NCBI RefSeq assembly: GCF_003704095.1
Contig: NW_020844063.1
Span: forward strand, 62,001 to 126,000
Direction of reading: 5' to 3'
DNA length: 64,000 nucleotides
Origin: Pocillopora damicornis
Taxonomy: Eukaryota
Below are positions 52,444 through 64,000 of the stretch, in pieces. The first letter of the stretch is position 1; every line of letters starts with the position of its first letter. The notes under the pieces are model-generated. The model was given only the letters and a program-made list of their open reading frames with translations. It was not told the origin of the DNA and did no database searches. The translations under genes were made by a program, and so were the position numbers.

Positions 52444-55400
52444 ATGGAAGTGCTAACCCTCGTAGCCGCTCTGCTTGCTTTGAGCATCACCCCTTACGGT
52501 GAGTGGAAATTGCAGTGTTAGTTTACCAAAAAGCTCCTTCACATATTTTCGGCAAAACCTGATCTTAATCAGGGTTTAAGACATACTGGAAATTTTCGAA
52601 CAAAGCTGGCTAGCACCCTTTTGTGGATAAAACTCTTTAGAGAAATAATGAAAACCTCACATTTCCGGAACAAAATAAAAAGAAGTGCATTTTTCATTGG
52701 AATAACAAAGTATGTCCCGTCGTTAACGGCCAAGTGAAGCTATCGTTTCGGTACGGAAAACCATCATTAAAGAGACAACCTGGCTACATTTTTGATACAT
52801 GTAACTTCGTTTTCTGAGTACACCTTTCTTCGGTATGTAATTAAGAGCTATACTATAAGGTGGAGACCTCGAACAGTGATGCTCTAAGGTAATTCTCTAA
52901 TTTTTCTCGTGGATTGGTTTTGGATGCGTTTCTTTCTTTTGAATTAATTCTTTTTTTACTCCAAACTTTTTTCCTAATTTTCCCAAACAGCCCACTCCGT
53001 GAAGCTCTTGTACGCCAACCGACATGACATAAGGATTATTTCAACAAATCAAAGTGACCAAAAGGAAACTACGATCGTGGACACCCTTGAGGATGCTATT
53101 GCGTTGGACTTTGACTATACGGAAGGATTGGTATTTTGGGCCGACGTTGGTCAGCAGAAAATCGAACGCGTTCGTATTTCACAAGAGAAGAGTGGGGAAA
53201 TCGAAGATGTCATTTCGTTTGGGTTAAAGAAGCCTGAGGGTTTAGCCGTAGATTGGGTAGGAAAAAAGTTGTATTGGACCGATTGTAGCGATTCTGACTG
53301 GGAAACGAACAGAATCGAAGTTGCAAATTTCAATGGATCAGATCGCAAAGTTCTTTTTTGGAAAGACTTGGATTTCCCCAGGGCTATTGCCGTGGATCCA
53401 TTAAAAGGGTACGTAAAACCTGGTTTCCTCATTAAAATGCCGTTCTAACAATAAATTTTCCAACAAATAACTCAATGAAACTAAATTTGAAACACAACGA
53501 ACGAACTACATTAGTCGGAACAAACACTATTGGACACAAACTTTCAAGAATCTTTCTCTTTGAAGAAGTCTATCGATCAAGATTTATCTCAGTTTATCCT
53601 TATTGGCAAACTGATGTCATCTGAAAGAGACGATAACAACATCAAAGGCATTTTACGCTTTTGATAAATGTCCAAAATTGGCAAAAGCACGATGAACTAT
53701 ATAAATCTTGCCAACTCAAAAATAGTTTTGGCGAATAATTTCCTAAATCAATCCTCAACCCTCTTAACATGGGTGGATCGTCACGCGTCGATTGGAGACA
53801 CACAAGCAACAAGCCAATTAAACTTCAGGATCATGTGGATATCATGCATATATCTGGCAATGATAATGCACAATGATAACATAATCTAAGTTTGATTTTT
53901 GTATCCCTTTGATTTTTTACTTTTATACTGAGAAAACAAGCACTCATAACATCACGTATGGAGCAGTTGGTTGAAAAAAACGCATTCTAAACCATATTCA
54001 ATTCCGCTGAACGTTGTATCCAAACGTTGGGTTTTGTGAACAAAGTCACGAAAGCTTGTAGCTAATTTTCTCTGGAAAGGCATCCATTCAGTTGTCATAA
54101 CTGCGGTCTAAGTTAGAATCCATTTAAAGAGGAATAGGCTTAGGGTGTTAGTAACATGGGTAGAACTTGTCAACAGTAGTCCTAAACTGGTTTCGTGGAG
54201 AAATCTTTATCCATTTTCCGTGCCATTGGCAAACTCCAGCCACGCACAAAAAAAAAGGGCACGACATCTAGAAAGAACTAGGATAATCTGCTGTAAAACG
54301 TGACCTACGGAAAATATCCTAATTTCCATTGCCCTAAAATCTGACATGAAATTTTCCTAATTATCTTGTTTTTTTAAATTCGTCGATCACGTAAGGAGTA
54401 GAAATACATGTACGTGCTATAGAATTGTGAGCAACTTATGCGCCCAAACTTTTTTTGCTCTTAGCGAGACTTTTCTCGCAAACATTTCTCCACATTTAAG
54501 TGAAATGCTTTTCATGCAGCCCCAAAATCTTAACGTTATTTTAAATACTTTTCATTAATTATGAGTTTGGAAGGAATTTCCTGAATTTCATGCTCATTTA
54601 GTCTATCAATGAGTCAATTCTAATTTTAAAGTAGCCCCAAAAAAAAAATACAGTGCTGGCAACAGCCAAGATATGTTTGATTGTAAAAGCTTTCAGCTAA
54701 CCCTCTTAGCACTCATCCTATTATTTAAGAGTTCTTCTGGCTTTCTGGTAAGCTGTTAAAACAGATTGGCCACCCCACTTGACCTGTTGAGATTTGAAAT
54801 AGCAATTGCCAGCGATTACAAGTGTCAGTAACTTGGATGCAAAACAGAACCTACATGGTCGCCGGGGATGATTTGGCAATTGTGAGATCTGTATCGAAAA
54901 AAGGGTGTGTAACTCAAAAACCACAATATCCGAAGTTTACAAAGGTGGTAAATCAAATTCCATCAAGATACGAAGAGACAATTTATCGAAAACTTGAAAT
55001 TATTATGCGACTACGTTTGTTGACCTATTAAGTCCTTGGAATCATCGGAAAGACCTACTGGAAGATAATTAGCATAGGTTTATTAGACATTCTTTCATAC
55101 CCCAGCATGCCAGGCGTCTACCAGAGGCTTAATTTTTTTTCCTATTGTTTTAGTCACACATTTCTTTATGCGTGTTTTTCTTTTTTGCATGGTTTCTCTT
55201 CATCATTTTTTACATTGTCTACTTTTTTATGTTTCTTTCCTAGCCCTTGCTCCATTATTTTTTGTCTTTTTGGGTTTTGAACAAACTTTCAGTTTGATAA
55301 ATAGTAACTATTTCAAATGAACGCCATTATTATTATTAAATTTTTTTTACGGCTAGGTATATGTTTTGGACAGACTGGGGAGAGAACCCCAAAATAGAGC

Positions 55401-58400
55401 GAGCTGAAATGGACGGCTCCAATCGTCGAGTCATCATTGAAAAAGACGTTCATTGGCCAAATGGGTTAGCAATAGACTACAAAGCTGAGAAAATATACTG
55501 GGTGGATGCAAAGTTGTTTCACATAGCGGCTGCCAACTATGATGGTACAAAACGTAAGAACATGTTCAAGTCTTCAACCCAATGCACACTGGCTCATCCA
55601 TTTGCTATGACACTGTACGAGAACAAAATTTTCTGGACAGATTGGACAACTAAAGGGATACACTGTACGAACAAGAGCTCTCTCGAATGTCGAGAAATCT
55701 GGACCACTAGCTATTCGCCCATGGATATTCGTACATACGAGCCACAAAGACAGAGGCAAAAGCCAGGTAACGCACCTATCTGCATCAATCTTCCTCACCC
55801 TAAGCAATCAACATTCAATCTTTGTTCATCATTATCTCTTTAATAAATATCTATCTTCGAAGTTGTTGTTTTGTGTTTCTCCCCAATGTGATAAAAATTT
55901 TTTCGGCTCCTAAAAGAAGAAGAGGGAGATCGCGAGTTATAATCCATCAAAAATTTTTGCTTGCGTGCGATTGTCCTAAATCCATTACATGACTCAATAT
56001 TCCAAAGATAAAACATCGGAAGATTCGGTGATATTCCCCAAGTGATATTCCCCAATTAAGAACCTTGCCTCCGACAATGGCCCTATGAAAAGCTTATGAT
56101 GCTGAATTCAAAATTAAATATCATCTTGACGCATTCGAGAGTCCGCATCCTTAGCATTCTTTTGATTCATACTTTAGGTCAAAATCCTTGCAACTCCCCC
56201 ACCAATGGAGGATGCAGTCATTTGTGTTTGTTGAATGCTCGAGGTCATTCCTGCGCATGCCCAACTGGAGTGAAACTGTTGCCAAATGGTAAAACTTGTG
56301 CGAAAGGTGAGTTGGATGTAACATGAGAAACTATCTTGTACTGATGATGCTGATAGCTCTTTCCGCTTAACAGGTTTCGAGACAAATTTTAGATAACTCA
56401 AAATTGCTGTGAAGGCTCTGATTGCCGTCATACTTAATTACAGAACTCTTTTTGAAAAAGCTGAGGATTTTTCTGAACCGCCAAGAAATGGCGAGCTTTA
56501 ATATATTGTTGAGGAAAGAAGGATGATTAGATTTGTTCAAATCCGGATACGAGTTTTATTTTCACAGGAAGTGCTAAGTTTTTACCCAAATCTTTCTGTC
56601 TTTGCTCCTGTTTGGTAACGTAGAGTGAACGCGTTACAGCACATGAAAATTAAATTGCGAATTCGTTAGGTTTGTACGTCAGAAGAGATCTTCTTACTTT
56701 CCTTGAGTAGTGTAAACTGAAAAAGTGGACCAAATCCTGGCACGCAACCAAACAGAGCCAGCTTGTAACATGGACGAAAGATGTGATCCACAACCTGTTC
56801 CTCTAAACTGGTAGAATCGACGTCAGTGTGCTTTCCACGGTATTAGGGAGTTTAAGATTTATGACATGTGGGAAAACGTTGCCGAAAAAACGAAAGTTTT
56901 TCTTTAATATAAAATCTCGTCAGTAGCCAGATGCGTCTACCGTTTCTGACGATGCGACATTTTCCCTTCGGCAGAACATGCGAATGTAGTGTTGATTTCG
57001 ATCGAAAACATGACTAAATTGCTGCCGAGGTTACCTCTCTAAGCGGAAGTAGAAGTTGGTGATTTTACGATTCTGTTCTGTACGGAAATGCTATGAAATT
57101 TATTAAGTTTAAAACGCACGTGCTGCTCTTGAGATATTTTGTTTGGCTACGTCCTCGTTGCCGCCCGTTGTGATTTCCTTTAAGTCCCTATTTGTCGTTA
57201 ATCACTTTTGTAAAAATCTTCAAACCGTGGGCGACATTAAGCCAAACCTTACAAATCCGTCAACCCTGTAATTACAAGGACTGATAAATACGTAAAGGAG
57301 TTCTGAGAACTGAGAAGCTTATCAGCTTGAGAGTGTTGTTCTCTTAATATTACAACAAATACTTCAGTCAAATTTACAAGGAAATGAATGACAGCCAGAA
57401 GGAAGGGTTACTGATCGGATATTGGGGGTTATCGGGTTTACTTATTCAAACCCGCATTATTCTTGCAGGGTTGTGCCAAAAGTGTAATCAAATCCTCCCA
57501 AACATGCAATTTGGATGCTCTTTTTCCTGACCGTGATATAATTATCAATTGGATTATGATCTCCAGATTTCTATCGCGTGATAGTTGATGAAGGTGAAGC
57601 AAAGCTCTCATGAACTTGCGCATAAAGAAATCGAGAGCGAATGATCTAATTGTTTTATCATAAATTTACTAGCTAGTCGTTTGGTGCTCAGCTCCACAAC
57701 GATGAAGGTTCGTGCTATTTTTCTCCTGTTTACAACAGCGTACCATTTTGCCACGAACTCTAATCTCAGCTACCATCAAGACATAATTTACGTTGCCACT
57801 CAGATGGCAGCACTTATGATAGCACGGTAGTACTTTCGCGTTAATTTCTAATGTCCAAGATAAATGTCTCGTTGTCATGCGACGACAAACTATGCAAAAT
57901 ATTTTCTTATGCGAACCAATGAAGCTGTCATTTTCATGATAGGTCCTGCTAATTTCCTATTGGTGGCAAGAAAAGTGGACTTGCGCCGTATATCACTCGA
58001 CACGCATGATCTACATGATGTACTTTTGCCAGTTTCCGGTGTGAGACAAGCTGCGGCCATTGATTTCGATCCAGTGGACAAATTTGTTTATTGGAGTGAT
58101 AATGAAGCGCTTGAAATAAAGAGATGCAGAATGGATGGGAAAGGTACGTAATTCTCATTGATTATTCTTCGTGTGTTACAGAAACCTTGATGTAATTCTG
58201 AGTTATCTCGACAACACAGAGAGCTGCCCTAAGGTTAAAGTAACAATAATGCATTGATATAGTTTATTCCTAATTTTATATTCACTTTGGAAGAAAGCAT
58301 CAAAACTGAACATAGGGAAAATGAGAGCCCGTAACCGTGTTAAACCACCTTGAAAGATTCTATCACTACACTCTAGGTGTAGACGTTGTTCACAAATTCA

Positions 58401-60444
58401 ACCTATGTTTTGAAGGCACTTAGCGAGCAGCTTGTGCTCTTTTAAAATATTTGTTGCTTTTGAAGGTCCCGTAATTAATTTACATTGTTTTTCTTGGATT
58501 AGATGTTGAAGTAATAGTATCAAGTAAACTTGAATATCCCCAAGATGTTGCAGTCGACTGGGTGGCGCGGAATTTGTACTGGTCAGACACAGGAAATGAT
58601 AGAATTGAAGTCAGCAGACTGAATGGGTCAGCTAGGAAAGTTCTCATCGATGACAATCTTGACGAGCCAAGAGCATTAGCATTGGATCCAGCTCATGGGT
58701 ACTTTTTTAGTAAATACTGGACGAGGTTTAGCAAAATATCGAATTTTCCGGTAGCGACCCTATGAATTAGTTCCAAATCACGGAATTCTCCGAAAAACCA
58801 ACTCAATGATTTTTTTGTTATTCGATTGCCGTGTTTCTTTATCATAATTATTTTCGATAATCGCCCTCTGACAGCTTAGCTGCTCAGTCTCCCAGTGGTT
58901 TCAATGAAAACAGGTTACCGGCGGTCTATCGCTGTCTGTTGAGCCTGTTGAGGCTCTCGTGTTTGTGTTTCGCCTTATGTCCCCCGTCATGGGCACAGCC
59001 CCCTATCACGCTATAGGCCGCTGCGAATCGAAAAAAAATTATTGTAACTCCTGATGATCTGCGATTTTCGCCAAAGATTGCGAGAACAACTACGCATGAG
59101 TAGGAACATGATTTAAAGGCATTACGCATGACCATACCATCATTAACTTCGGCAGCAATATTTGCAGGTCTCTCGTTGGGCTCTTGGCTAATGGGGAGGA
59201 AAGGAATTTTTAAAGATATTAATGATTTAGATGATTAGTACAGTATAAAGTAACCGGCTATGAGTACACATGACTTCCAAAATAAATATAGATTTCATTT
59301 TGGAAAAGTCCAAGATGCAAGTTGATACAAATAGAAACTTTTAACATCGTGTAATGTTCCTCAAATGTTCTTAATTCTACCAGATACATCTTCTGGACAG
59401 ACTGGGGAAAGAAGCCGAAGATTGAACGCGCAGGACTGGATGGGAGTCGTCGCATTACTTTGGTGAACTCATCTATAGGTTGGCCCAATGGTATCACCAT
59501 TGATTACCGTCGGGGTAAAATCTACTGGGCAGACGCTAAGTTAGACAAGATAGAGGTCATGAACTTAAATGGGAAAAACCGTAAAGTCATCGTGGATACA
59601 GATGTACCACACGTTTTTGGTCTGACAATTCTCCATAATCGTCTTTACTGGACAGATTGGCAAAAAAGATCAATTGAAAGTGTGAATAAACGAAACGGCA
59701 GAGGCAGAAGAGTTATCAGAAAAGGTGTAACCAGTCTAATGGGACTCAAGGCAGTCGACCTTCACTTCCGTTATGGTAAAGGTGTTCTTTGTTGTTACTG
59801 TTGTTGTTGTTTGTTCCTTCTATCCAATTGTGAACCATTGAATTAGATTGAAGTTAAGACAGACGTCTACGTTCACGCTCAATATCTAACTTTCACCTGG
59901 CGAAGGAAGTTATATCTCTCCCTACTTCACCAATCTCTTTGAACGATCTCCCCCCCCCCCCCCCCCCCCCCCCTTTTTTTTAATTTCCTCTTCAGGGCTG
60001 TCTTTCATTGACCTGCGTTTTTTGGGGTGCAGTAATGCACAAGATCGCTTGGACTTCGTCCGTACCCTCAGATTCACTGAACAGCAAATTCTTAGGAATA
60101 CGATGCCCGGTGGGATACCCCCGCACTAAATTTAGGCTCGAAGCCCACGGCAACCAGGTGTGCCGCACCCAAACAACATCGGTGGAAATGAGTCCACATG
60201 ACTATAAAAACACCTTGCATGGTTCTCTGCCCAGCATGACGCTGGTAATAGAACCCTACAGGAAATCGCTCTTATGCATTTAGGAACTCTTGATTAAAGA
60301 ATGTTCTCAACTTTTTATTAGGTGTTAATCCTTGCCAGAGAAATAATGGGGGCTGTAGTGATTTATGTTTGTTCGGACCGTCAGGAGTTAAATGTGAATG
60401 TCCAACGGGAATGAAACTACTTGTTGACAAAAAGAATTGTATTT
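52444..60444 (+). CDS. LRP6: LRP5/6-like Wnt co-receptor, 5' part (signal peptide, YWTD propeller 1, EGF1, propeller 2, EGF2)
   Basis: Exons 52444-52498 ([18 protein letters not shown]), 52991-53408, 55357-55766, 56178-56306, 57943-58143, 58503-58698, 59384-59775, 60322-60444. [57 protein letters not shown]...[15 protein letters not shown] and [17 protein letters not shown] match the LRP5/6 N-terminal architecture. A single cnidarian-type LRP5/6 is likely, so the symbol is approximate. Confidence 0.9.
56844..57190. mobile_element. AGGGA...TCCCT non-autonomous element
   Basis: tagggagtttaag ... tttaagtcccta termini. Similar to 49050-49325. Confidence 0.55.
57260..57440 (-). mobile_element. 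Degenerate piggyBac-like MITE copy
   Basis: aaatttacaaggaaatgaatgacagccagaaggaagg...gatattgggggtt resembles the reverse complement of 7557-7640. Confidence 0.45.
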
Positions 60445-60534
60445 GTAAGTATTTTATATCTTCATTATTGTTTAGACTCTCTAGTTGTCTTTATTTTTCA
60501 TTTCATATTTTCTTTATGAATCCCAAAGTGATAA

Positions 60535-60910
60535 TACAGTCGACTCCCGTTATTGCGGACACCCTCGGGGGGAGACTTAGTGTCGGTAACAGCGCGAGTC
60601 CTCTATAGCAGGTTGCGAGATGAAATATATAGGTTTTTTTATGATATGTAACTACGCAAACAAGTTTCTGACGTGGCCTCACGATCCTGAAAAAGACTCG
60701 GTCGCAAGCAAGAAATTCTCATGTTCACACCCAATCGAATAATGGTCTCTTCATTTTCCTTTATCGTAATGTCACTCTATATGATGTGAGTCTGGATTTT
60801 GGACGATGTATTTTAAGTGTCCGCTATAGCAAGAGAAAAAACAAGTGAAATGTCGCGCTGGGGGCATGAAAGTGTCCGAAATTCCGTAATGGCGAGAGTT
60901 CGTAACAAAA
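60535..60910. mobile_element. pogo/Tigger-like MITE remnant
   Basis: TA-CAGTCGACTCCCGTTATTGCGGACAC start, with internal GTGTCCG inverted motifs. Confidence 0.45.
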
Positions 60911-61522
60911 GTTTATTTCAATCGTTTCTTTATGCATTTCGCTTTATGTTATTGGGCACAAAAATTTTTTGGGCCATTCCGGATCCCATTTTAACCCTCA
61001 CCTTATGGCTTAAATGAGGGAGAGTGGTACCGAGTATTGTAGTAGAGGTTACCAAACTAGGTGCGGTAGCGAAGTGTGATTTCTTCGAACCGGTTTCTCA
61101 TGGCGGTTCTTCCGTAGTAACGTCGTTTCCGCGAACATTAACCCTGTATTTTTTTTTATTTATACTATGTGAAATTAAGTGACATTTCATCTTACGCAAA
61201 TTTTTAAAATTGCAGGAGTTAATTGACTGCTTGACAATGATGTTGGAGAACAAACGATTAAAGATAAGAAGACGAAAGAACCATTTAAAATATATACTGC
61301 CAGATAAATGTAGAACTAATTCGTATAGTCTCACCTATAAAAACTAGGTTACACATTCAAATAAAAGTGAAATATTAGAGGTACGTAATTTAGCGGATAT
61401 GCATATGTAATACCAAAGCATTGATATCTGAGTGATACTTGGTCGTGTTAAGAGGCTTTCACAACTTTTAATCACCTTATCGCAGTTATTATATTTTTTT
61501 TCCGATGACAATTTTCACTTAT

Positions 61523-61726
61523 TCCTTAAACTTCCATAAGGGATCATGACAGAATTTCTCCTTACAATATCAGTGCAACATCGAGCAGACAAGTGATGAG
61601 AATAAAGAAAAATATGAGTTAGTGGATTATTAGTTTAACCTATACCAAATTCTCCGAACTAACATTATGAGAATTGTATGGCAGACAGTAAGGAGAATTT
61701 CAGTTGAGATCTTGGGAATGAAAGGG
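61523..61726 (-). mobile_element. piggyBac-like MITE copy (reverse orientation)
   Basis: ...GGCAGACAGTAAGGAGAATT...GAGATCTTGGGAATGAAAGGG-TTAA is the reverse complement of the start of 33541. Confidence 0.75.
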
Positions 61727-63372
61727 TTAAGAATTTTCTTTTGGGACAGTCAATGGATAAGTTTAGGTACTTATTCCCTAAAACAACTCTTTTGAACAAT
61801 GACGTTCTGATGAGTAAAGAAGAGAAATTGTCAATAAGTAAAATTGCTTAACTAAATTGTAAGTGACGGTATATTTTATATGGCGCAATTCACACGATGC
61901 GCCAGAAAGCAGTCAGAAATAAAAAAAGAAAGAGATAGTTTAAACTTTAGTTTTAAGTAAATGTTATATGCATGAATGCTGCTAGCAGAATGGATATGCC
62001 AAACAGTTTTTTAACTTCCCGTGAGTGGCGGTGATGCAACCCTCTTTAAAAAAAATACCCATATATTTGATTCTGTAGATTTTCTGATATTCCATCCAAA
62101 CTAGTGTTATACTACTCCTGAGCCGGTTAATAGTTAGATTCCTTGCTCCTTCTGAATCTTTTCTCTCGCCCCACTCCTTCTCCGTCCACGCGCCTCCTAG
62201 CTTCTAAAAGCGTAAGGTTACCACCTCTGGCCCATCGTAAAATCGGCTCGTTGATTCCTAACAAATTTCAGGAGGGAGCCTGTTTTGAGGGTCTTACATT
62301 TCTAGCTAAGAGTCTTATCCTCATTATTAGTGCCAGACCCCCAGCAAATCTCTTCCCGACTCGTCTCATATCTTCTCGCAGGCGGAGAAACAGGCCTCCT
62401 ACAGCGCAAATGATAAGGGTCTGATCGCAGGTTACATCCGAGGTCTGAGAAGAAAGGTTTGGCTTTGCCAACGCACATAATTTAGGATTTGTCTCAAAGC
62501 TGTTTAGATCCTCAAAATAAATTTAGCACAAAATCTTGTTAACCGCATAACAATCGTATACACACTTCTTCCCGATCGCTAATTCCATCACGCTTATGAA
62601 TACAAATTGTATTCACTATGGCACATTTATTCTTGTAATCGTAAAACAATGTATCACTCTCCATAATTCACTTTCGTTATCGTTAACGGATGAAAAAGAA
62701 ACTTTTACAATCGCATTCTTGGAGTAATATCCCTCAGGTAAAGAGAGAGGCTTGTTGGTATGAGGGCTGACCCAAATGTTTACTTTGCTGAAAGGCGGCG
62801 ATTCTTACACAAAATGAACCGAAGTGTCGGCACGTGCTGTAAAATTCTGCCATCCGTTAACTATTTGCAAAGATGCTGGCACAAACGTCACTCTTAAAGG
62901 GAATTCCTTGAGAGTGTCTTTTCCCAAATCCTGAGAGGACTGTTTGTCTATCAGTCTCGCACATCTGCCAGGGAAGAACGATGAAGTTATTGCTTCGCTT
63001 ACTGATCGCTATTCTATCACTCTGTATTCCTCTTTCTGGTGAATTACTAACGATATATCTTACATGCTTGGTGAAAAAAACTGCAGAAGTACTGACGAAG
63101 TGACGTCAATCGGGTATTACACATAAAATATTTCGTGACTGCGGAAAACACTGAGCGAATTCGAAGTGCAAATCAGCTGAGTACTTTTTTAGTCGTGAAC
63201 TAAGCGTGTCCTTTCATCTTAGTCCAGGGATGAAAGGCTCTTGATCGCTCCGTTCTTTAGGAAGGAACAGTTTTGGAATCCATGAGCAGAGCCATACGAG
63301 GAATTAAAAAGGTATCCTCTTTCATGACTGACCTACTCAGCAGTTATTTGAAGTATTCTTTACTTTTCACAG

Positions 63373-63549
63373 TTACTTCTCCGAAGATACTATATGTAAA
63401 CCGGAAAGACATCAGAATAATATGACCGAATCAAAAGAGACAAAATGAAACTATTGTAGTTATTGGTCTTTTGGATGCTATTGCTGTGAATTTTAGGCTA
63501 CCAAGATGGATACATATTTTGGAACGATGTCAGTGTTTATGAAATCAAA
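63373..63549 (+). pseudogene. Decayed duplicate of the LRP5/6 propeller-1 exon
   Basis: After an acceptor (ttttcacag): TSPKILYVNRKDIRII*PNQKRQNETIVVIGLLDAIAVNF, then +1 frameshift near 63495, then YQDGYIFWNDVSVYEIK. Aligns with exon 52991-53408 ([49 protein letters not shown]). TGA at 63423-63425. Confidence 0.75.
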
Positions 63550-63557
63550 CTGGATCA

Positions 63558-63701
63558 CACATTAAGGTCACGAGAATAAAGGAATGATTACCAACTAAAG
63601 AAGCTATCGATTGTTAAACAAATTCTCCAAGTCAGCACTAAAGTGAATGCATAGAGAACAGGATGGAGAATAGGCATAATGATGTGAGGGTGAAGAGTTA
63701 A
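63558..63701 (-). mobile_element. Partial piggyBac-like MITE truncating the LRP pseudo-exon
   Basis: aaattctcc...gaacaggatggagaata...gggtgaagagttaa resembles the family terminus. Confidence 0.5.
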
Positions 63702-64000
63702 GACCGAGGACATAATAATTGCCCATACATGACGTACCTACTTTAAGACCAAGAATTACCGCTGACCAGCTCTTTTCCCACGTGCAGACCTGAAAACGTT
63801 TGGGTCGATTGACATAGTCCCAGTAAAATACAAAGAGGCCGTCACTGAATTTCAGCGCAAGCCTAGGATGTATACCTCAAGTCTTGCTGATTCGAAGTCA
63901 TTGATCCAAGTTAAACCAGAATGATTTTAAACATGCAGTTTCATTTCCATGTTTGGACCTTACGTCCACACTCGACAGGACCCAGAATAGGACTTTCTGT

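Noticed and set aside
62100-62520. ORFs at 62143-62471 on both strands
   Set aside because: No recognisable domain or convincing splice context. It may be a decayed element, but I cannot support a call.
63423-63425. In-frame TGA as selenocysteine or readthrough in an LRP exon
   Set aside because: The downstream frameshift and MITE insertion indicate decay, and the position aligns to Ser, not Cys.

Overview
AT-rich, intron-rich animal genomic DNA. The repeat families suggest a scleractinian coral or other anthozoan (inference). Minus strand: two tandem paralogous genes for secreted coadhesin-like discoidin(F5/8 type C)-TSP1 proteins. Gene A (45748->14585) encodes a signal peptide, at least 14 F5/8C domains, 7 TSP1 repeats and 2 WSC-like Cys domains, about 2,800 aa by estimate. 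Gene B (11565->runs off the window start) encodes a signal peptide, 4 F5/8C domains and at least 5 TSP1 repeats. Plus strand: an LRP5/6 Wnt co-receptor gene (from 52444; beta-propellers 1-2 and EGF 1-2), head-to-head with gene A, followed by a decayed duplicate of its propeller-1 exon. Most notable: an intact-looking minimal hammerhead ribozyme inside a ~200-bp Penelope-type inverted repeat in the divergent intergenic region; strict A/B alternation of discoidin domain types in gene A; a conserved 15-nt micro-exon completing the signal peptide in both paralogues; and a degenerate ~180-bp tandem array carrying splice-donor-like motifs upstream of LRP5/6. Many MITEs and SINEs, and two assembly gaps. 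Exon boundaries were read by eye from GT/AG sites and frame continuity.
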